DNA from: Trichoplax adhaerens | Taxonomy: Eukaryota; Animalia; Placozoa | Reading direction: 5' to 3' | Length of the DNA: 64,000 nucleotides | Assembly: GCF_000150275.1 (NCBI RefSeq) | Contig: NW_002060944.1 | Location: 2,208,152-2,272,151, forward strand | Shown: positions 53,601 through 64,000 of the stretch, one piece after another | Layout of the letters: the number at the start of each line of letters is the position of its first letter | Position numbering within the stretch: position 1 is the stretch's first letter | Notes under the pieces: generated by a model | Seen by the model: only the letters and a program-made list of their open reading frames with translations | Databases searched by the model: none | What the model was told of the DNA's origin: nothing | Made by a program: the position numbers and the translations under genes

Positions 53601-53987
53601 ATAAAATGCAGCACTAAAATCTTAACCTCTATCATCTACCACCAAATAATATTAGATACCAGATACCTTTCAATTATTCAGTCACATCTGATCAACTATA
53701 TCCTGAAGGTATTTTACTCTAAGTTCCAGTTACCGCTTGTTTATGAACTTACAATTTAGCCCCACGGTACTGTTAATCAAAATCCATATGGCATAAATGC
53801 ACACTTCTTGTAAAGCAATTTAGTCAAATTCAAGTTTTTGTTGGTCGTTATAAATAGTACATAGTAAGAATGTATTTTAAAGAAAAGTGGTGTTAAAAAG
53901 GCTGAACGCTATGTAAGTTCTATCAACGCCATATTTGTTATTTAAATAGCATTCCAAGTTTCCAACATACAGTATGAGCAACAACAA

Positions 53988-56900
53988 TTAAAATTTTCTT
54001 TTAAGAGTGGCTACTGAAGTTTCCGTATTGACATGAACCGCATGAATACCATCCGCATGGGTTGAACAGCAAAAGCTTAAAAAAATATAATTATGAATAA
54101 ATAAATAACAGACAACATATCGTGCCTATTATATCGTACTTTCAGATAAGAGAAAAATTAAGACTAACTGCTTATCTGTATCGCTACAAATTCCAGTGAT
54201 GGGTCCAGCTCCATTAATGCTATACTGCAATAGACAATCTGTAACACGGAGTAATAATAAAATAGAATTACGTCACCTACACTACAATGAATATAAATGA
54301 TAACTTTAAATGTTGCAGAATACATATTCTCAACCGCTTAATAATATGTAATTGCTACGTTATCATTACCATAATCTTTGCTATGCAATAAGAAACTAGA
54401 AGACCACATTCCCTTTTAATCACTACCTCATCATCTTAATAATTTTTAAAAATATTATTATTGTATACAAGCTACTGTAATACACAATCTATAAAAATAT
54501 CACATCAATTAAAATGCCTAAGAAATGCAATTTCCATGCAGCAATGGCAATGAATATTAACAGTGCAGTTCGTACCGGTAGTATTTTTATCCCACATACG
54601 GACGGAATGATCGTAGGATGAAGTAAGAATTCTGTACAATCACGAAAAAATTTTACCTGAGAAAGAAAGCCTAAGAAAGAGAGTATCACTAATCTACAGT
54701 ACATGAATACAAAGCTATGGTTTCCTACATGAAATACCCAACGAAATGCAAAAGGCAGTACACTAATTTCAACAATTAAAACATAATATTCTAACAAATT
54801 TTTGTCGAAGGCAGCAAAACAACAGGCAGAAACGGTCAAGGAATGGCCATAAAATTTCGCTACGGCATTTTGCGCTCTTACATCCCACATCTATTAAATG
54901 TGCACACAATTTCGGACAAGTCACTTCTAAGAGGATAAGATTGCATTTATCATTCTATAGGAATTGTATTAAATCAAAGATTATGATGGCAATCGGAATA
55001 CGATTCAATGTAAAAAATGACGATTCTCTTGTTTAATTGGTAAATAAAGTTAAAAGTACAGCATCAGGGTAAGTTATAATCTTCTTCGATCTATTGAACC
55101 CAACCTATCAGTACAGTTAACAATGCAATAACTATAACGTTACTTTTAATTATTCGAATTGCACACTAATCGTTAAGAACTATGTGTTATCTAATCTAAT
55201 TATCTAAGGGTTACTCAAAGTCTTACTAGATTTTTAAATTCAAATACAAGTAATGAATAGAAATACCTAAAATATGACTATTTATAAATAAATTTCATTC
55301 TCTACAATCGTTACGCCGTGAATAATTGTAATATTTGTATTTTTCCAATCTTGTCTCCGTACCATTTTTTATAACATTTAACTAAATGTTTTTGAACCTA
55401 ATATCAAAAGCGCACGGTACTATGCAAGTAACTAAGAACGAATCTCATAAAAAGCGTATGAATATCCATTTTAATCATACCACGCAATCACAGCCTTGAT
55501 TATTAACTCCGCTACCACTTGTGATCACATAATTTCCGTCGCAGCTGATATCACAGTACGTCTACAAATAAATGCAAACTAACGTTAAGTAACAAAATGC
55601 AATGATTGGAAACAGCAAATTGTAAACTATAAACAGAATACTATCTCCTAGAACGTAGATTGTATTAAGCCTTTAATTATTAGTGACTCATAGTTGCAGC
55701 TACAAATAAAGAATTTGAGGATCAAGATAATTTGATACACCTTTAAAAATTTCGAATTAATATATTTTCTTATACAGCAACTAGTCGTTTGAATTTAATT
55801 CTTTTTTTAATTATTGCGTTTAGATGACTGGAAGTTAAGGGATTACTGAAAGAGTTATTTAGAGAAAAATAACTATGCAACGTTGAAATCAGCACTGTTC
55901 ATTTGATAACTGTTTAAGTTTCGTTGATACGTCGAATTTTTTAGTTAATTCCAATACAGTGATGTAGTACTAGGAAAGTAGTGCCTACCATTCACTTACA
56001 AGTATATTATGTCGTGCTGGAAAGGTCATTGCAACTTCCATTGATTTTGAATCCCATATCCTTAGAAAAACAAATAGATAAATTACGTAATGTCAAGTAA
56101 AAATCCTTTGTTTACATATACAGTTATTTGCGCCTTCATAATAAAAGTTATCATGGCTAAATGTGGTATTGCATTAGGAATGTTATGTGATAGATTTTTT
56201 ACAGGACTCTACATCTTTGACATTAAAATCTAACCAATTTTATGAAAGTAAAGAGAATCTTATTACATGAAACAGCAACAGTACAGTATACTCCGAGTAT
56301 AAAAACTTGAAAATCTAATAGCGCATCCCTATTTTTCCTACATACTAGTATTAATCGCTAGGATTAGTAAAGGAAATAGATTTGGGTTAGCATACGTATA
56401 TTTCCGATTAGTAGAAACAATAAGAAGGTATGAATTTATTTATTAACCAGAAATGCGAAATATAAATTTGTTTCATTTGAAGGATATTTATAACAGTCTA
56501 CTATTACAAGTTTATAATAAATTCATATAAATTATATATATTTTTACCTTAGACATTTATCTTCGCTTGTTTGCGCAATGAGATTATTACTACTCTCTTT
56601 AGGAAACCATTGCAAATGTGTCACCTTCACGAAAACAGGAAATACTACTGTTTAGTTAGGTTAGTCATAAATCCTTCCAGCACGACAAAGATGTTCAAAA
56701 CGTCGCCGAAATAGTTAATCAGTGTTTCTATCTCAGTAGATTACAAACCAAATTTCTATTAATATTTCGTCGCTTTATTGCTTTTCCAGTTTCAATATCC
56801 CATAAACAAACCGTATTATCACGAGATCCAGAACATAAATTAGTATTGTCTATAATAGCAGAACCATTAGAGCACGGTGTTATTAATTACGTATACTGAA

Positions 56901-59900
56901 ACAGAGAATACATCCCATTCCCTAAATCTACTTTCTGTGGTAACTTATAAATCTTAAATTTAATAAATAGTGTATATTAACAAAAGTTTTCATTCTGATA
57001 AATCAATAAAGTGGACAATTGTATACTGGTTCAAGTGTACGATTCTAGCCAATTTCCTGAAATATACGAAAACATACTAGATAAAGCTACGAATTTAAAC
57101 TTAAGTTACCTGAATTAACGGTAATGCCTGTAACTACCAAATCATGGCCGATAAATTCACGAATAAAATCGTCGTTTTCACCGTCGTATTGCCACATTCG
57201 AATGCTACGATCTCTAGAGCAACTGAAGACTGATCGAATTATGTTCGCATGTATAACCTGTAGCAGAAATTTGATATTAAATTAAAAGACTAATCGAAAG
57301 CAAAATTTGACCGCTGAATAAATTTTGATGATATAAATTCTCAACAGGAATAATACGATGACTATGAGGATGAATATGTTACTTTTCTATTGCAGAATTA
57401 AGCTCAGATTGAGGATAATGGGACGTGGGACATTGTCAATTTGAATTATTAAGTTCGTCGATTGGATCGGAGTGGACTATAAGTTTTGACTGTATCCGTT
57501 TTACAGAAGGTATTACGAAGTTAGTGGATTATTAAAAGAAGGAAGAGAAATTCCACCTTTGGTCTATGATTGTAACAGGAAAGTGTCATGTACATAGAGG
57601 TAAGAAAAAAACCTCTATCTATTTTTTCTTACCTCCATGGTCATGCAGTGTACGACCATGTTGAAATCAGTTATTACTTCATCGAAGCACTCGTATACTT
57701 CTTCAGTAGATTTAAGATGAGATTGTCAGTAACTAAAGTATAAATACTAGTAGATTGCATTGCTCTCTGCTTATATCTAATTTCCGCGCCAAGAGCCCAG
57801 TTTATCTCTGTATTGTCTTATAAATCTGTTTGATAACAAAGATCTACCTACTTTTGATCATCTTGTCTTCGCCGTTGTGAAGGTACAACATCTGAGCTAT
57901 GTCCCGCGGGCATAATTCATAGCGTGCCTTCACTCAGTCATAGGTAATAACCTGTACATAGGCTTCCTACGACCTTCAAATATAAGCATGAATATACAGT
58001 AGTCTGATATAGTGTTGCAAAATTATAATCATTACGGATAAGTAATAAGTTACATGTATTTAACGCCGTGTTGATTCATTTGCAACACAGTAAGACGTTA
58101 TTAGAAATACATTCTAGTCTCTAAGGTAGAATTACATGAGAATAACAAACAGATCCTCAAAGTATTACAATTTTTGCGGATTTAAAATTATATATAACCA
58201 CGTGACTGAGTGATATATGCAGTATGTAGTACTTATACTGTACTGGACTATAATTTAAACTGAGCTTCTCTCAATTTCGACAACTTCCGTTGTTAGATTC
58301 TTTAGATTCTTTAACTTGTGCTTATCGCTAGTAGCCTACAGTCATTGCTAATTCAGTTCAAATTTTTTATGTGAAATATTCCATAAATGAACCATAGTTT
58401 TCACCTATTCGGTTTATTAAGTTGAAGAATATAAGTATATATCTACTGTATACAAGTGAGAATCTAACCCCTTAGTGTAACTATACGTCACCCTAAAGGA
58501 ACAATCTATTAGAAATGGCAGTAATTCTAAAAATCTTGTTAAATGCTATTTTTATGTTGCCGCTGTACTTCAGTCTGTATCTTATTAAACCCCCTACCAG
58601 TATTTTATCGATCCCACACGTAGCTGTGCTTAATATTATTAATGTATAGTATATGTGATTCTGATCACTGTAAGATTGCTACATTATTATTTATTTATAT
58701 TCAGGATTCAGTAACTGATATAAATTAATTAAAATACAATTAACGATAGAGCATCGAAATATCTTGATTTACATTTGTAGTTGAGTCCAATTCACTGCCA
58801 ACTTTGTTACGTAACGTAAAGTAAATGATCTCAGTCTTACGTAATTTCCAGTTACCTATTCAGGGGAATAATTTTCTGATAGTAATAAAGTATAGTTATA
58901 TATACCATCATATTTATACATTATGTAGGTATATCCAGGTTCGAATTTAATGCTTGAATTTTTTATTGTACCTTTGTGATTTCTTTATTATGCCCGAACC
59001 ATCTGCGTATGATATTACCAGTCCTCCAGTTATAGGCCAGGACTGTCTACGAAAAACAAGAAATTTCAAATTTACGCTTCGTTTAATTTGGAGACAATGC
59101 TGCAAAAAGGAAGTAGCATAACTATCATCTTTGTATAACATATTAATACGAAAATTAGCACTTTTTAACAAAGTACTTGATTGATCTGATCAGAAGACCA
59201 AAGTAGATGATGATCAACCAATAGAAAGTAACTATAATTGTAAATATAGTGTAGTGAGATGTTATACTAATATTATACGTGCTATGGTATTAGTATGCAT
59301 TCTGTGTAGTCAGTATGATGAACGTTAGAGGTTCAGGTTCGGTATTAGTGAATAAAATAACTACGCGATAAGAGTATTGTACTGACCCCCGATATCAGTA
59401 AGAGGAGTCAAGTTGAACTATGTAGATAATGTTACATATTTGTACGTGTAATACTTTGTGCTTTAAGATGTAAGATATAATAAGAATATAACGAGAACCG
59501 GGAGCATTCTGTAAGGTTAGTTGCGTGAGACATTACTCGGTAATAACGGTCTGAAACATTGCATATAGAGAAGTAATTGCTACTACAGTGCGAATATTTA
59601 GTGAGAGACTATAATATAGAATAATAAAATTTGCAAAGTTTGCTCCATGAAGATTCTAACTGAATGGTCAGGTTTTAGAATACCATAACCAAGTTTTCAT
59701 GTACTATACACAATAATATACAGCTGTTAATTATAATAAATTTAAAATATTACAATACTATGAAGGCTAAATCTTTCAATATCCGTATCATAAAAATGTC
59801 TACACGATACTTATACGTACACATATAGCATTACCTTATCCTGGCTACCAGATATCGTAACGCCGTAGCTCATGTTATTAATACATGTTACTGGCTCACT

Positions 59901-59990
59901 ATGACATGCAGCGGTTCTTGCTGTTGGATTCTCATTTGCCTGGTGATCTATTTGACTTATTTCTTCCTTACCAAAACAACATCGAAACAT
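53988..59990 (-). CDS. WDR31: WD repeat-containing protein 31, 11 exons
   Basis: ISGSQDK|TVLAYNWRTGNIIRRWFGHNKEITK; LCSGSRDNTVCLWDIETG...NRNL|VTHLQWFP...QTSEDKCLR|IWDS...FPARHNIL|TYCDISCDG; GAGPITG. Colinear with vertebrate WDR31 as I recall it. Confidence 0.92.
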
Positions 59991-60174
59991 TGTAGATAAA
60001 CACGGTAAGAATATCTTGTTATGACAATATTATACGGTTATGTAGAATATGAATACATAGAAGTTATAAGTTATCACAAGTTGGACTTGCTGAATTGATG
60101 AGTACACAATAGCGTTAGAAATGCAGACGCGCCCAGTTGCAGAGGTAACTAGTAACCATGGAGATTAGTTCTGC

Positions 60175-61000
60175 ATCTACAGTACAGTTGAATATAGTAC
60201 AGTACAGTACAGTAGTACTGTACTGTGCAGTATGTACAGTACAGTACACTACTGTACTGTACACTGAGTGTACAGTATGTCATACGATCCCAACATCGCC
60301 TTAAACAGTAATGTTGAGTGAGGGTAAAGGGTAGGCAACACCTCCCAGCTAGGCTACCCTTTACTGTGCATTACTAGGCATGGATAGAGCTGCCGACCTT
60401 CAGCTAGTGAACTTTCGTTAACCAACATTCACCGCGAACGTTTGGATGTTAAAATTTTGAATGAATGCTGGGATAACATTCAAACTTGAAACAAAGTTTT
60501 ATTGTCGTAATAACATTCAAACTGAAACAAAGATTTATTTTCGCAACTACATTTACAGTAAATTTGAAGCAAAGTTTTGACTGAATGAATGTTTGTCCAG
60601 ATTTCCATGTGAATGTACAGTATGTGCATCTACAGGTAGTAGTCCATGGGTTAGGATTTGAACATCAAGTTAATAAGTTAAACCTGAAACTGTACAATAC
60701 AGTACGGTGGTGTCCTTTACAGTACTGTACGCTGAGTGTACAGTACTGTACTCTACGGTACATGCAGTGAGGTTTTCTTTGAGTACTGTACAGTACTGTA
60801 CAGTACAGTACAGTAGTCCACGGTCCAAGATACTGTACAGTACAGTACACTACAGTACACTGAAACGAGATGAATATCATCCCTGCCTAGTTTCACTAGC
60901 GTACGTGAATCGCAACATTGAATTTCAATTATTGTGCTTAACTGTGCTGATCTTTGGCTGCTCGTTTCTTATCTTTTACGCTTTTAGTAGTACAGTACTG
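60175..61000. promoter_or_regulatory. WDR31/ABCF1 bidirectional promoter: (GTACW)n blocks (about 60175-60280 and 60690-60860) flanking a structured, repeat-containing core
   Basis: Lies between ATGs at 59990(-) and 61027(+). Confidence 0.7.
60472..60585. repeat. Degenerate tandem repeat, about 38-bp unit, 2 good copies and 1 weak copy
   Basis: ATAACATTCAAACTTGAAACAAAGTTTTATTGTCGTA / ATAACATTCAAACTGAAACAAAAGATTTATTTTCGCA / ...TTTGAAGCAAAGTTTT. Confidence 0.7.
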
Positions 61001-61026
61001 TATAACGCTATTGATATCAAGGTATA

Positions 61027-63347
61027 ATGGGTAAAAAAAATAAAAATAAGAAAGATGCGATTCCGAAGAGAAGCAATATCGGACCTAAAGAAGAAGATAA
61101 AGCACTATCGACCGAGAGCACTGAAAGTACGAGAGTGATTTTTAGAATATGGCTAAGTATTTGAGGTTAACCATTATCAGACAAAGGATCACTGTACTGT
61201 ACTGCATTCTAAGCTATGGCTTGATTTAATTCTGGAAATAAGCCTCATTAGTTGCAATACGATCGCAGGATACGCGTTCGATTCGCATACGAAATCTGAT
61301 AGCTTTGTGAATTGTAATACACCTGTAACACTAGCTACAAAAAATTTGCATCTGGAACGTCGTATTTGATTTGATTTTTATGCTTTATGCTGTACCATGT
61401 GGCCGTATTTCAATCTGACAAAACTTTGGTATTTAATAAAAAATTAATCTAAATTGCATTTTTTGTATAAGTACTGTACTGTACTTCTTAATTTACGAGC
61501 AGCGATAGATCATTAATGATCCGTAACAACTAGAAAATAGTGTGCACCCGTTTTTACTCACCTCAAACGAAACAACCCAAATTCGACCTCTATACCGCTG
61601 ATTAATTATAAATTATAGTATCTTAAAGTCAATTTGTACGGCTACAGCATATGACATTTATGTTCTCTTGTAAATTTCACTAGCTATCCCGGTACGAACG
61701 GCAAAAACAGAAAATGAGGTACATGATCCATCTACACCTAAGTACTACTCTTAACTATAATCGTAGAATCAACTATAGTATATTATAATTAATTCGCAGC
61801 AAGTACGTAGATATATTGTAAATATTTATCGTATAAATTTTCGTCGTTTTCATAAGTACTGAATGCCGCATTTTCCTGATTGTTGATGCTAGGATAAGGT
61901 GAAGAATCCAGATGCCGCTACATTCCAGTCAGGTACAATTTTATACTATACCATGTTATAACTTGAGCATTACAGTATCTGCTGTCAAAGTCGATATACT
62001 GCCACTTATACTCTACAAAGCTATAAATCGTAGTTGGTAAAACGATAGTGTATGATCCTACGTTGTACGTAAACCAACATCAGGCAGCTTCATTAAATTT
62101 GGATAGGCCTTGCTCTCGTATTACTGCTGTTTCGTTCACTTTCATACATCTAGTATCTCACGTATAAACAATCTATTATCTTGGCAATCCTCTCTGACTC
62201 GTTGAGTTAGTACTGGACATTACTTGTTCTTGTAAATTGTATTTAAATTGTATACCTATGAATGAAAATATGGTGACCGAGCCAGATATGCTGGTATAGG
62301 GTATAATAAATTTGATAATTTAGCTCTAATACATGATACAGTATACAGTAGTTAAAAAATGATGTGCAATCTCAGTAAATATGAACGCATTCATTCAAAT
62401 GATGTTTGTAGATACGAGTATTACTTCCGATCGTACTGAAACTTAGATGAGCCGTGAATGTGACCGTAACTGTGTCGATCAAACCGATCAGCTTACGGGT
62501 AGACTTTGGTCTATGCGATTGAATAGCGCAGATTCTCTACAAGAATTCTCCTTTGATGCATTTATTAAGCTCATATGCATCACTGGTAGTTTTCATTTTA
62601 AATTATATATTAGATCAATGATTGACTGAATCTAAAGAAAATTCCTTGTTTAGGATTTCCTTGTTTAGATTGTGAAATTTATTTATGGTCTGTTGCTTTC
62701 GAATTCGTTTCTACCATTAATTCCTTTTGTACTTTTGCATAGATACCAAAATTGATAGCGATGATAGTTATACAGATGATCAAGCAAATTCTCTGAATAA
62801 GGTAATATTTAGTTAGTCTGTAGTTAGATTATTCATACATTAATTCTTTTCAATTTTCGCTTTCCTTAAAGCCTGAACCCGACGGCGATGTATCAGAGAA
62901 ACCGGTTGAAGAAATTTCTGGAGTTAGCAACGGTACGACACCGTTAATCAGATTACTACAGCAAGTATTAGCTTTAGATAGCCTGTGGTAGTTATACGAA
63001 TTTCCTTAAACTTATCTGACATTCAAAAATATTAACGTAAAAATTGCACTTTAGATGTTACTAAATCAAGTTTGACTCGTAAGGAACAAAAAAAACAGAA
63101 AAAAAAGGTTAATTGATAGACTAAGGCTTTCAATTTTAATTGCTGGTAACTTACAACCTTATGGTGATACTAGCAGTATGCGTTCACTATTCAGGTCTAG
63201 CTAGCTAGCTACTACCATTTTGCAATTTCTTCGTAGGAACGATACGCGAAACAACTTAATCTATTGTCCGAAGGCGATCAGTTTTCCATTTCACAACAAG
63301 AGTCAACAACAAAAGCATCTGTATTAGAAAACGCATCCGATATCAAG
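61027..63347 (+). CDS. ABCF1: ABC-F family member 1 (ABC50), N-terminal part; continues past the window
   Basis: Lys-rich start MGKKNKNKKD; acidic exons; LTRKEQKKQKKK|ERYAKQL...DQFSISQQESTTKASVLENASDIK, matching the ABCF1 motif FSVSQ...LENASDIK just before ABC domain 1. Confidence 0.88.
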
Positions 63348-64000
63348 GTATAATGGAATAATTTTCCGTAGAAAATTACTGTAAGCTGTATATGCAGCAT
63401 AGATGTACTTTGTATTTGTAACAAGGGTAAAGTGGAAGTGAAACAAATCGCATAACTTCCATTCGCTTACTTAAGAGCAATACAAAATCATGCGAGGATT
63501 TTATGTACTCTCGGCTGCTGTATATTTGATCCCAGCGTTTAAATTTGTTGCTGGCTAACTCTAATGACGTTTTGCAAAAGTTTAAAATTTAAGTAAGATA
63601 TTGAATATAATAGATCCAAAAAGCGGTTGAATAATTGATGTCATAATTTAAATAGCCAAAAAATTGATGTAAAAAAATTTAATTTAATCCGATAACTGAG
63701 GAACACGATCTCATTGCTTGTAGACCTTATATATGTTAGACCAGGGACCCCTAAGAGAAGTCCTAGGCACAGTCTATTCGAATATCGCTTACTTTTTATC
63801 ATGAAGCTAGCGCTACTACGCTTTCGCTGTTATACCTTTCGTATATAGCAATCCGAAAATCGCAATTATCAATCCCTCAACAGCCCTGCGAATAGAAAGT
63901 AGCGTTGTTAAAAGTCATCAAATGTTGGAGAACTAGATGCAATTAAATCGTTTAATAACTCATACAATCATGTACTTTCACGCAACTGGCTGCTTCTGTA

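Noticed and set aside
56010-56687. 13-bp inverted repeat TGTCGTGCTGGAA/TTCCAGCACGACA bracketing a WDR31 exon
   Set aside because: One such match within about 700 bp is plausible by chance in 64 kb, and there is no other support.
60297-60330. Similarity to the U12 snRNA 5' end (GCCTTAAAC...TGAGTGAGG)
   Set aside because: Spacing differs, the GUAAGGA branch-recognition sequence is altered, and there is no Sm site at the expected distance.
60647-60656. CCTAACCC on the minus strand as a telomerase RNA template
   Set aside because: No recognisable pseudoknot or CR4/5; it overlaps a CATGGAC-family half element.

Overview
AT-rich, intron-dense, gene-compact animal genomic DNA. Composition, very short introns and protein sequences suggest a placozoan (Trichoplax-like); this taxon call is an inference. 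By joining exons by hand I recover 13 protein-coding genes: LUC7L(-, partial), YPEL5(+), PRPF4(-), clathrin light chain(+), a PLAT+ankyrin gene(+), GRPEL(-), XPNPEP3(+), FAM174(-), PSMD12(+), JMJD8(-), FCF2/DNTTIP2(-), WDR31(-) and ABCF1(+, partial). Ten of them form five head-to-head pairs. The main unexplained signal is a strand-symmetric pentamer array, (GTACW)n, seen as TACAG/CTGTA runs. It lies upstream of all 12 conserved housekeeping-type genes, often as two blocks flanking a repeat-poor core, and is missing upstream of the PLAT-ankyrin gene. One promoter contains a tandem duplication whose copies differ in length by exactly 7x5 bp of pentamers. Other observations: six GC-AG introns, a family of tiny CATGGAC...GTCCATG palindromic elements, a structured element inside the WDR31/ABCF1 promoter, and linkage of PRPF4 with WDR31 as in human 9q32. 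No rRNA, tRNA, CRISPR or transposase was seen. Many long ORFs in the track are repeat artefacts.
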